Source: Malacoraja senta (lineage: Eukaryota). Taken from it: DNA of 64,000 nt. Shown in pieces: positions 37,011 through 48,130 of this stretch (position 1 is the first letter of the stretch; each line of letters begins with the position of its first letter). Under the pieces are notes generated by a model, which saw nothing but the letters and a program-made list of their open reading frames with translations, did no database searches and had not been told where the DNA came from. The stretch spans positions 18,106,001-18,170,000 of the forward strand of contig CM075989.1 of assembly GCA_038087875.1 (NCBI GenBank), in the 5' to 3' direction. Position numbers and translations under genes: made by a program.

Positions 37011-37776
37011 TAGGGTGGCACAGTGACACAGCGGTAGAGTTGCTGCCTTAAGGGCCTGTCCCACGAGCATGCGACTCCATGCGGCAAGCGTGACCTAACG
37101 TGGTCGCTTGAGCCGTACGGCCTCGCGGGGCCGGTCCCACTTCGATCGCCGGAGCCGTATGGAGTTGTGCGGAGCTGGTCCCGACATCGCGCGGGGCTCC
37201 GAAAAACTGACCGTGTTCAAAAATTCCGCGCGGCAACGGCCTGCCGGCCCGCAGCCACCTCGGCGCCATGCGCACCGCCTCGACGGGCGTGCGCAGCGTC
37301 TTGACGCCGTACGTCACGCGCGGACTTCGCTCGAACTTCACGTCACTCACTCGACCTCCGCGCGGCCCCCGCTTCCGGTTTGGTCGCGCTCACCGCTTGC
37401 AGGCGCATGCTGGTGGGACCGGCCCTGTACGGGGATCACTCGACCTCCGCGCGGACCCCGCTTCTGGTTTGGTCGCGCTTGCCGCATGCAGGTCGCATGC
37501 TCATGGGACAGGCCCTTTACAGCGTCAGAGACCCGGGTTTAAACCTGACTCGGGGTGCTGTCTGTACCCAAGCAGTCTCCCTGTGACTGCTTGGGTTTTC
37601 TCCGGGTGCTCCGGTTTCCTCCCACACTCCAAAGACGTAAAGGTTTGTAGGTTAATTGACTTTAGTAAAATTGTAAATTGTCCCTAGTGTGTAGGATAAC
37701 GCTAGTGCACGGGGTGATCGCTGGTCGGTGCGGACTCTGTGGGCCGAAGGGCCTCTCTCCGTGCTGTATCTCTAAC
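37011..37776 (+). mobile_element. HE1-type V-SINE split by a MITE
   Basis: Head ...GTTGCTGCCTTA resumes as CAGCGTCAGAGACCCGGG after 37519. Confidence 0.9.
37051..37516. mobile_element. PIF/Harbinger-type MITE
   Basis: About 50-bp imperfect TIRs starting AGGGCCTGTCCCA; TTA TSD at 37048-37050 and 37517-37519; CpG-rich. Confidence 0.85.
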
Positions 37777-38553
37777 ATAAAGTACTGTTGACGACAGGGT
37801 AGCTGCAGATACCAGATTGTCCAGATCATCCTCGTCTCCTCGCTCTGCCATTTCAGCAGGAATGATGCATTGATTTTCAGCATGGACATTTCAACCAGAA
37901 ACAAAACCACTGGTAAACCAAAGAGACCGGGCAAGATATAAAATCAGTATCCTCCACACAGAATAGGCAAATTCTTACAGGGATAGGCAGGAGATAAAGT
38001 GCAGTATTATTTACCAAGTAAAAACTAATTTCTACATGTGCTGTTCATTCAATGTCGATATGCAACTATTGTCGATAAATACGCTGGCGGTGAAAATGAA
38101 CCTGCCAGTACAATGCCACTATGTGCGTAGGAAGCCTAAAGCAAATGATACAAATTGAAAATGCATTATCAATAATACAACCCACACAGCAAACGATTGA
38201 CAAAATCTCACCGCACAGCCCTTGAAAGTTATCAATATTTAAAATCAAGATGTATAGCCCAAATTCAAATTCCCCCATTGAGATGAAAAGATCATTCACG
38301 TGCAAAAATCCATTATTATTTTAAGGTAACACTTAAAGATAATCAATTTTATGCTATTTCTTGTTCTGGATGTTTGATTTTTTAATATGGTGTAAAACAG
38401 AGAGAGGAAAATCAATGTAAACCTGCCTGGAATTACCACACAGCTGTTCATTGATATATATTTTATAAACTACAGTAAGAGTTATGTTCATTTCAGTGTC
38501 TTTGAGAGAGATCAACTTTCTCTCATTAATTCTGTGCATTTTCACTTCTCATC

Positions 38554-38700
38554 CTCCCCGTTGGATTGCAACCTTGTCGTGGTCGGGGAGCTTGTGTGTC
38601 TCAGTGACCCCTAGAGCTATGCCAGCGGGAGATTCATCTCCTGTTAGGGTCTCCCATGCTGGACAGGTCGAAGGGTAGAGGCGAGACGAAGAGCGACCCA
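38554..38700 (+). ncRNA. Candidate HDV-like pseudoknotted RNA at the RTE 5' end
   Basis: P1 CUCCCCG/CGGGGAG, P3 ACC/GGT around UUGUCGU, P2 UGGAUUGC/GCGACCCA (7 of 8 pairs), long P4 region, and CGAA upstream of P2'. Confidence 0.4.
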
Positions 38701-39070
38701 CTGGTCCTCCAGGTTGGAGGTTGAGCACAGGGCTAACAACCCTGTCTCGTAAAACAAATATGTTATGGAAACAGCAACTGAAGGAATCAACACTACTGTG
38801 CTTGATGGACTTCCAGGGCTATTGACAGATGCTAGGATGAATGTCAACCAGAGAGCATCCCAAGAATAGCCCTGCACTGGACACCGGAAGGGAAAAGGAA
38901 AAGAGGGAGACCCAAAACCACTTGGTGTCGAACTGTAGAGGAGGAAATGAAAACAATGGACTTGACCTGGGGTAGTGTCCAGAGGATAGCCCAGAACAGA
39001 CAGGAGTCGAGGACCTTCGTTGCTTCCCGACATGCCAGGAGGCATAATAGGCAGTAAGTAAGGAAGTAAG
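38554..39070 (+). mobile_element. Bipartite non-autonomous RTE retroelement (5' UTR joined to ORF C-terminus)
   Basis: 12-bp TSD TCACTTCTCATC at 38542-38553 and 39071-39082. The 3' part encodes IPRIALHWTPEGKRKRGRPKTTW...IAQNRQ (RTE RT C-terminus) and ends in a (TAAG)n tail. Confidence 0.85.
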
Positions 39071-39211
39071 TCACTTCTCATCAAACAGTGCCCAAGTTTG
39101 TTAATGTTCACTCTCGTTTTCCAATCCCGTTTGCCTTGCCGAACTCTGGAATCCTCTCCCACATTCAATTCCTCCAATTCTGATCTCTTATCCATCCTTC
39201 AGTTTATTTAG

Positions 39212-39580
39212 TGTCATAGAGTCTTACAGCATAGAAACAGGCCCTTCAGCCCAACTTGCCCACACTGGCCAACATGTCCCATCTACACTAGTTCCACCTG
39301 CTCGCGCTTGGTCCATATCCCTCCAAACCTGTCCCATCCACGTAAGTGTCTAAATGTTTCTTAAACGTTGCAATAGTCCCTGCCTCAACTACCTCCTCCT
39401 GCAGCTCGTTCCATACATCCACCACTCATTCTGTGAAAAAAGTAAACCCCTCAGATTCCTATTAAATCTTTCCCCATCACCTTAAACCTATGTCCTCTGT
39501 TTCCCGATTCCCCAACTCTGGACACGAGACTCTGATCTGTTCTCTCATGATTTTGTACACCTCTATAAAATCTCTCCTCT
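39212..39580 (-). mobile_element. CR1-type LINE 3' fragment
   Basis: Reverse complement of 60965-61320. Confidence 0.85.
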
Positions 39581-40467
39581 ACTGATGACCCTAACTCCCG
39601 GCTTCAAAGGCTCCAAGCTCAAAATCCCTTCCATAAAACTCTCCTTCCTCTTTTCAGACGCCCATCACAGGCATCGGTGACCAAGCTTTTGCCCATCAGC
39701 CTTAATATATCTTTCCATTGTTGTGTTAAACTGTGTTTGATAATGCTCTTATGAAGCTATGTTGAGGTGTGTTAGAAACACAAGTAGCCATTGTTGTTAT
39801 GAATGTATCAAGGACAACGTTTCAATCTCTTGAAATCCAAACTGCATTGAGTTAATCTTCAGCTTTCCAGAGCACACAATTAGATTAAACAAGTCTAGTT
39901 CAATGGGGGGGAATTGATTCTTTCAGCGATGCTCCGCTCCGCAGCTTAAGGTGCTGTTAACTTCTGTGTTTGCTTGGATTCTACCTCAGGACAGTCACCT
40001 TTGCAGAATTCTCTTCCACTTTAAAACCACCAGTCAGGAAGCCAGTCCTTGCTGTGAGATGGAGCTCAACAGGATCAATAGTTCAATGGTGGTTCAATGG
40101 TACTTTTATTGTCACTCGTAAAAGACAGAGAAATTATTTTCTTACATACAGTCCGGTAAAGTATTGCCAAGCCCAAGCAAAGAGTACAGAAATAGTCCAC
40201 TGAGCCCACTTGCAAGAGGCATAAGGCTTTGACGCCATTTTCAATCACGCTGCCAATGTCAGCAACCAGGACATCAAACACTATTTAACGCTGGGTTCCG
40301 AACAAATATTTTGAAAATTCTTCTCCCTCCACAGATGCTGCCTGACCCGCTGAGATCCTCCAGCACTTGGTCTATTGCTCCAGATTCCAGCGTTTGCAGT
40401 CTGTTGTGTCTCAATTCTCTCCATTTAATTTGGTTTTAAGAGCCAAGGTGATGTCATTAAATACATT

Positions 40468-40670
40468 GTATAGGAAGGAACTGCAGATGCTGGTTTACAA
40501 CACAGATAAAGACACAAAAAGTTGGAGTAGCTCAGCTGGTCAGGCAGCATCTCTGGAGAAACGGAATAGGTGATGTTTTGGATCGAGACCCTTCATCAGA
40601 CTTCAGCCTGTCTGAAGAAGGGTCTCAACCCGAAATGTGACCTTTTCCTTTTCTCCAGAGATACAGCCTG
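40468..40670. mobile_element. PLE-derived mini-element with inverted hammerhead-like motifs
   Basis: Minus motif ~40572-40599, plus motif ~40612-40640. Confidence 0.75.
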
Positions 40671-41754
40671 AAGTAGTCTTAAATCTGGAGATAGTCGAAC
40701 CCGCAACACCTTCCCAATTCTCTTTCACTTCCCAGAGATCCCATTATATTTTGGGATTGTTTAATAATTTTCTAATAGAAAGGCATTAAAGTAAGGCTGC
40801 TTTCAACACGAGAGACTGAAATGATCACACAAGTTCAAAAGCTTTCAGACAATCGGTGGTTAAATACTAATGCTGCGATTGATGCTATTCCCTGTAGACT
40901 GAAAATAATAAATTACCGTCATGCCAGTCAAGAGACACTGAGCCCCTTTGTGTTGGGAACCCTTTGATCCCCTCCCTGGCTGCCCCTACACAGATATAAG
41001 AAAGGCTTTTTCTAACAACAAACTGCGAGTCAGCAGGTCCAGCAAAGACAGCAAGAAGTGAAGGGGCCTGAATTGCGAGTCTTGATACAGCGGCTTTCTC
41101 CCATCCAGGTGGAAGTCAACTTTAAAAAACAAAATAGCGTAATTAATCAGATCACCAATCCCATATTGTGGAGAGCATAACTTATTTTTTGGCACTCGAA
41201 GCTTCGCAGGAAAAATCCTTTTTAGAAAACATGGGCTCAGTCAGGCACCATTGGCCAGACATAGTTTGGGTTTTATCATCGAACCTTGGTGTCCTTGTAC
41301 GCAAGTCTGTTCAGTTCGGGTTTCAAGGCTGCGCCCTCAATCTGTTACAGTGTCGCAGGCAGGGGCGAGGGTGAATGGACAATCAGATGCAAACGGCTTA
41401 AATCATTTACAGGACCAACACAATGCAACAAAACCTCAGGACAGAACAGACCCTGCCTGAATCACCTTCACAGAGCGTGTTCTCTGTGCTGGGACATTTT
41501 CTATGGCAGTACTATATATATATACTGCTCATACTCAGACACAAACACACACACACATATATACTGGAAGGAACTGCAGATGCTGATTTAAACCGAAGAT
41601 AGACACAAAAAGCTGGAATAACTCAGCAGGACATAAATATACTTACACATACATACATATATTTTGATATATATATATATATATACTTATACAAACACAT
41701 ATATATATACACTTACATACACAAACGCACGCGCGCACATATATATATCTTTAT

Positions 41755-41882
<128 letters not shown>

Positions 41883-42039
41883 TTGAGATTTGTAATAGAA
41901 AAAAAAGATCATATGTGGTTAAAGTGCACATTGTTAGATTTTAATATAGGCCATTTTAATACATTTTGGTTTCACCATGTAGTAATGACAGCAGTGTTTG
42001 TACATAGTCCCCCCAGAATGAAAGGCGGTTAGTAGTGGA

Positions 42040-42590
42040 GAATCGCAGTTCTTGACCCGCAATTATTCACTATTTACTTTAATGACCTGGCGGAAGTAAC
42101 AACGTGTAAGATTGCCAAATTGGTCATTGATATGAAAATAGGTGGAAAGGCGTGTTATGATAAGGCTCCTGTGATTCTGTAGCAGGATATAACATTGGCT
42201 AGCAGGATACAACACTGAGCGATTGGACAAAGGATTGGCATAAGGAGCTTAATGTGAGGAAGTATGAGGCCGTGCACTTCAGTGGGAGAATCAAAAGGCA
42301 AATCATATTCCCAATGGAGAGAGACTGCAATTGATGTTCCGAGGGATCTGAGTGTTCTTGAGCATGAATCACAAATAGCTACAGGCAGGTTCAACAACGG
42401 TTGAGAAGGCAAATGGCATTTTGGCCTCCATTTCAAAGATGACATGAAGGAACTGCAGTTACATGGATAGGACAGGTTTGGAAGGATATGGGCCAAACGC
42501 GGGCAGTAGGGACTAGTGTTGCTGGGAAATGTTGGCTGGTGTGGGCAAGTCGGGCCGAAGGGCCTGCTTCCACACTGTATGACTGACTCT
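42040..42590 (+). mobile_element. Old degenerate CR1 RT fragment plus a younger CR1 3' end
   Basis: Residual LFTIYFNDL...CKIAK and RDLSVL motifs; CR1 tail at 42462-42590. Confidence 0.6.
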
Positions 42591-42594
42591 ATAC

Positions 42595-42930
42595 TGATTT
42601 ATACCGAAGATAGACTCGAAATGCTGGAGTAACTCAGCGGGTCAGGTGGCATCTCTGGAGAAAAAGAATAGGTGACGTTTCTGGGTCCGAACCCTTCTTC
42701 AGACTGAAAGATTAAGAGATGGTGGGGGAGAACTGGAGGCAAGAATAGACCGGCCTTGTTTTGTTCTGGCCTTTTCTCACTTCCACTCCCCTCCCCCTCC
42801 CCCCCTCCCCTCCAACCCACCTCTATCTTTCAGTCTGAAGAAGGGTTCCAACCTGAAGTGTCACCTATTCCTTTTCTCCAGAGATGCTGACTGACCAGCT
42901 GAGTTACTCCAGCATTTTGTGTCTGTCTTC
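42595..42930. mobile_element. PLE-derived element as an inverted pair
   Basis: Minus arm 42595-42745, plus arm 42760-42930. Confidence 0.75.
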
Positions 42931-43138
42931 ATTCCAAATATGTTTATTTTTAAACATAGGTATGTTATGTTGCAATTGTTCAGGGTGTGGGCGAGGCCTT
43001 ATCTGGAATACTGCTTACAGTATTGGTCCCCTTATCTAAAAAAGATATAGTAAGGTTGGAGGCAGCCAATGCCTGGAGCGAGGGAGTTGTCTGTCCAAGA
43101 GAGACGAAACATTTGGGTTTGTTTAGTATATATATTTT

Positions 43139-43416
43139 TTAGTTTAGAGATACAGAGCGGACACACAGGCCCTTCGGCCCACCGAGTCCGCACCGACCAG
43201 TGACGCTACCCTGCACACACTCGGGACAATTTTTACATTTATACCTACAAACCTGTACGTCTTTGGAGCGCGGGAGGCAACCGAAGATCTCGGAGAAAAC
43301 CCACGCGGTCACGGGTAGAACGTACAAACTCCGTGCAGACAGCACCCGTAGTCGGGATCGAACCCTGGTCTCTGGTGCTGTAGGCGCTGTAAGGCTGCAA
43401 CTCTACCGCTGTGCCA
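43139..43416 (-). mobile_element. HE1-type V-SINE
   Basis: Reverse complement of the consensus. Confidence 0.9.
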
Positions 43417-44454
43417 TCGACTATCCCACTCTAACAGGTGGTGAATTTATATTTAAGTATTGAATTAAATCTGGAATTAAAAGGGTTCGTGTTAGAAATG
43501 GTGAGAACCCTTGTGTATATGGCTTAACCTATAAAACTGTTCTCAATGGGCTAACGCCATCCACTTGGTTCACCTTCGTGACATTCCTTCTAAGGCAGCT
43601 AAACACTTTCCTAGACAGCAACAATACTCCAGGTGTCCGTGATTCAAGTGCTATATAATCACACGAAGACCTAACAACCTTAGCACACTTCCGACACAGT
43701 TTTTTTCCTTCTGTACAAGGAAATTCAATGAAAATCAATCATGTCCGCCTGTGTGCATCACCCACCTCTGCATGCATGCATACAGCCATATGCAGTGACT
43801 TTAAATGGTGTACAATTCATATTCTGCTGTGGCTCAACATGTACCTGGTCGTTTCCACAAAGCATTATCTTCTGTATCCCTTGGATGCAAGATCCAAGGA
43901 TCGGGAATACTGCTTAAAGTTTTGGTCCCCTTACCTGAAAAAGATATAATAACGATGGGGGCGGTCCAGAGGAAATTCACCCGGCCAATTGTTGGAACGA
44001 GAGAGCTGTCTGTCCAAGAGAGACTAAATATTTTGGGTTTGTTTATTTTAGTTTTTTTTTAAAGTTTAGTGATACAGCGAAGGAAACAGGCCCTTCGGCC
44101 CACTGAGTGAAGGGTCTGGCCCGACGGGGCTCTGCATGTGGATACACTGTGTACATATCCACCTGTATGTAGGGTCTCTTAAACAATTCCATTCACTCCT
44201 CACTACCATTTTGCTCCATTCTTGTAATGTCCCTCAGTAGCCCCCATCATTGGAGCCCAACCAGCTGATCCTAACTCACTCCTCAGCCCAGAACTACCGA
44301 CTGCACTCCCTCCCACTCAACAAAACTCTGATCTTCTCAACAACCACCGCTTCTTTCAAATGCATCGCCACATCCCCTGAGACTCAAGAAAGGTCTCGAC
44401 CCGAAACGTCACCCATTCTTTCTCTATGGAGATGCCGCCTGTCCCGCTGAGTTA

Positions 44455-44957
44455 TAAGTATAAGTATTTTTATTAGTCGCATTCACATACACCCAGGTGT
44501 AGTGAAGTGAAGTGCTTCTTGCCATTATGCAGCACACAAAAGAGGAGAATACAAACATCACACCAAGATAGTCTTAACACTAAACATCCCCCCACAATGG
44601 CTCCCACCATGAGGGAAGGCACAAAGTCCAGTCCCCAACCCCAGTTCACCCATAGTCGGGCCCATTGAGGCCTCCACAGTTGCCTCTACGGAGGCCCGAT
44701 GTTCCAGGCCGTTCTAGCCGGGTGATGTTCCTCCGGCGTCGGGAGAGTCCTCCCAGCGGCCTGGGAACCCTGGAACGGCCGCTTCCGCACTGGGGGCCGC
44801 GGCTTCCGAAGCCAACAAGGCCGCGCCGGTTGGAGCTCCACAACTGGCGATCTCATCTAGAGATCCCAGGCTCCCGGTGTAAAGTTCAGCGCCGCCAAAC
44901 CCGCAGCTGGTCGCTCCACAGTCCCGCAGCTCCGCGATGTTTTCCCCAGCGATCCTC
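44455..44957 (-). mobile_element. Unclassified GC-rich non-coding retroposon inserted in a PLE repeat
   Basis: AGTTA duplicated at 44450-44454 and 44958-44962. The minus-strand 3' end reads ...gactaataaaaa(tactta)2. The host repeat resumes after the insert. Confidence 0.65.
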
Positions 44958-45214
44958 AGTTACTCCAGCACTTTGTGTCTACCTTCGCTGTAAACGTGCA
45001 TCTGCAGTTCCTTCCGACACATCCCCTTGTTGAGGCAACACTGCCGTCTGATGCTCACAAAGCAAACACGTATTGGGTTCACCAGTGAATTGCAGGTATT
45101 ATTTGCCTCTTTACTTACAGAGTGCACCATTCATTCCCCATACGCCTTTACCAATTAAAAACTATTCAGCGCTTGTGCTATTCTTAATCAGGTGTACAAC
45201 CTCAAGTTTCATAG

Positions 45215-45636
45215 ATTCATAAGGAGCAGGATTTGGGCCACTCGGCCCATCAAGTCCACATCGAGTCTACTCCACCATTCAATCGTGGCTGAGATATCTT
45301 TCCCACTCAACCTCATTCTCCTGCCTTCTCCCCATAACCCCTGACACCCGTACTAATCAAGAATATATCAATCTCCACCTTAAAAATATCCATTGACTTG
45401 GCCTCCACAGCCTTCTGTGGCAATGAATTCCACAGATTCACCAGCCTCTGACTGAAGAAATTCCACCTTATCTCCGTTCTAAAGGTACGCCCTTTTATTC
45501 TGAGGCTGTGGTCTCTGGTCCTAGACTTCTCCACATCCACTCTATCCAGGCCTTTAACTATTCGGTAGGTTTCAATGAGGTCCTCCCTCGTCACTCTAAA
45601 CTCCAGCGAGTACAGGCCCAGTGCCGCCGAACGCTC
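45215..45636 (-). mobile_element. CR1-type LINE 3' fragment
   Basis: ALGLYSLEFR...DLIETYRIVKGLDRVD...FFSQRLVNLWNSLPQKAVEA. Confidence 0.9.
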
Positions 45637-45671
45637 AACAAATTTCTTCACATTCCGTTCCATCGTCCATG

Positions 45672-45905
45672 TTCTGCACCCCAGCTGCTTGAACATTGAC
45701 CTCCAATTTCCGTTAGCCCTTGCTGTCTCCTCCCCTTCTCAGCTCTCCCTCAGCCCTCCTCTTCCTTTCTTCTTCCCTTCCCCCCCCCCCCCCCCACCCT
45801 GCATCAGTCTGAAGAAGGGTTTCGGCCCGAAACGTTGCCTATCTCCTTCGCTCCATAGATGCTGCCTCACCCGCTGAGTTTCTCCAGCACTTTTGTCTAC
45901 CTTCT
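45672..45905 (+). mobile_element. PLE 3' end with hammerhead-like motif (45809-45836)
   Basis: GIY-YIG tail LHPSCLNID followed by CUGAAGAAGGGU(UUCG)GCCCGAAACGUU. Confidence 0.8.
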
Positions 45906-46564
45906 TTTCCCTTTTTACCTAACTCATCCACGTCGCACTGCGGCCTCTTTCGTTCCTGTCAGCCAACTCCCCAGCTCCGCAAGGACTCCAACAGTTGAGC
46001 AAAAGTTGCAGAACCCCCCTGGGCTGATGTTTGGCCCCCAAGCAATGTCTGACCATGAGCCGCTCTCTCTGAACGGGAATCACAAAGCCACAAGGACATC
46101 ACTACTTTCCTATTTATTCACAAACAATACTTTTCAATTATTTAATTTTCAATGTTTTTTTAAAATTACTTCTGAATGTCAGGGACATTCAGAGCAGTCA
46201 ACAAACCGTGCCAACTTTGACAGGTGGCGTAACTGGGAGTGTAGATTTCTTCATGGAGTTTGTTGGCAGAGCTAGTTCAAATCCACCCATGTGCCCCAAT
46301 CAGCTCACTGCCTAAGAGGGCTCACATTTACTACTTGTACATAGTTAAAGAACTCCAATCTGTTTTTTTAAAATCTATTGATAGTTTATTCTGATGTTCT
46401 ATTTCACTCCATTAATTTCTTGGCCATCATTTGCGAGATTAAAATTCGCCTGTTCGTCAGCATTCCTACTTCCACGATATTAGTGCACAATGCAAATATA
46501 TTTCTGACTTTCCACAGAACAAAAATGAAACTTGGATTGTTAGTACGCACCGATCAATTGGAAT

Positions 46565-46879
46565 TTTAGACTTTAGACTTCAGCGATACAACGGAGGAGC
46601 AGGCCCCTCGGCCCACCGAATCCGCGCCGACCAGCGATCACCCCGTACACTAACACTATGCTACACACTAGGGGCAATTTCCAATTTACAGAAGCCAATT
46701 AACCTACAAACCTGTACGTCTTTTGAAGTGTGGGAGGAAACCAGAGCTCCTGGAGGAAACTCACGCAGTTACAGTGAGAACGTACAAACTCCGTACAGAC
46801 AGCACCCTTAGTCAGGATCGAACCTGGGTCTCTGGTGCTGTAAGGCAGCAACTCTAACGTTGTGCCACCCTGCCGCCCT
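46565..46879 (-). mobile_element. HE1-type V-SINE (full length)
   Basis: Reverse complement of the consensus. Confidence 0.9.
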
Positions 46880-47055
46880 ATTCATTTAATATTCATTTAT
46901 AATGTGTTTTGGTCCTCCATGGTTGTGGTTGGCTCTACCTGAAGTGATCAGGGCAAGTGTTCACGTCACCTGCAGCGCAGGCTTGGATTTTCAAAGAGCT
47001 GAAGGTATCTCTCTAGTTCTGATGTTTTCATTGTGAGGTAAAAAAAAGTACAATT

Positions 47056-48130
47056 ACAGGCTCACCACCGATTTTCCGGCAACTGATGGTGCGGCACCTC
47101 CTTAAATCCGGAACAAATTACTAGAGCGCACTTGATATTCCCTGGGCGGCCACAGATGGCGCTGCGTGTGGGGCGCACTCATTCGGGCCTTGTCCCACCG
47201 TCCCGATAGACTTCGCAGTGCTTGGCGATCGTTTCGCCGAACACCTCCGGTTGGTCCGCAATAACCAACCTGAGCTCCTGGTGGCTCAGCACTTCAACTC
47301 CCCCTCCCATTCCATATCTGACCTCTCTGTCCTGGGTCTCCTCCATGGCCACAGCGAGCAACACCGGAAATTGGAGGAAATGCACCTCATATTCCGCTTG
47401 GGCAGTCTACATCCTGGGGGCTTGAACATTGAATTCTCCCAATTCTGCTAGCCCTTGCTGTCCCCTCCCCTTCATCAGCCCTCTGGTTGTCTCCTCCCCT
47501 CCCCCAGCCCTCGGGCTCCTCCTCCGCCTTTTTCCTTTTTTCCTTTCTTCCCCCCACCCCCTATCAGTCTGAAGAAGGGTTTCTGCCCGAAACGTTGCCT
47601 GTTTCCTTCGCTCCATAGATGCTGCTGCACCCGCTGAGTTTCTCCAGCATTTCTGTGTCCCAATAGACTTATTTGTTTACATCTGTTTTCATCGATTCCT
47701 AGGTTTTGTGCAAGTCTTAGCTTATTTTGCTAACATTTGACCCCAGTCATGGATTCGAAGCAAGACAGTCATTGTGTCATAAGTTCATAGGTTGGCGGAG
47801 CAAAATGAGGCCATTTGGCCCATCGATTCTACTCTGCAATTCAATCACAGCTGATCCTGACACTGTTACTTATCAAGAATCTATCAATCTCCGGGGATAA
47901 TTGCCAAGCGTATTTAATTCACATTTAATACTTGTTTTACATAGGTTTCTAGCAGTCCAGGGTTCTTTAGAGACACGGGAGGGGTATAATTAGTGGGTCA
48001 GAGATATGTTGTGCTATTATTACTGTTATTATGTGACCTCCGTTGGTCCATAAAAATGGATAATCTGTCAAGGTTCTGGAACCAAGGAGTGCCGGAACAT
48101 CGCTGGTGGTCGGTGATCGGTGGTCCGGTA
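47056..48130. mobile_element. TcMar/Tigger-like non-autonomous transposon, copy B, with nested PLE and CR1 pieces
   Basis: Imperfect inverted ends (TA-CAGG..CCACCGATTTTCCGGCA / TGCCGGAACATCGCTGGTGG..CCGG-TA); homologous to copy A at 10575-11745. Confidence 0.6.
47218..47660 (+). mobile_element. Penelope-like element 3' end: GIY-YIG C-terminus plus hammerhead-bearing terminal repeat
   Basis: LGDRFAEHLR...VAQHFNSPSHSISDLSVLGL...RKLEEMHLIFRLGSLHPGGLNIEF; motif at 47569-47596. Confidence 0.85.

Noticed and set aside
37108..37687. GC-rich long ORFs (also 2314-2831 and 44665-45033)
   Set aside because: They are open because the high-GC MITE or retroposon bodies are stop-poor; no recognisable domains.
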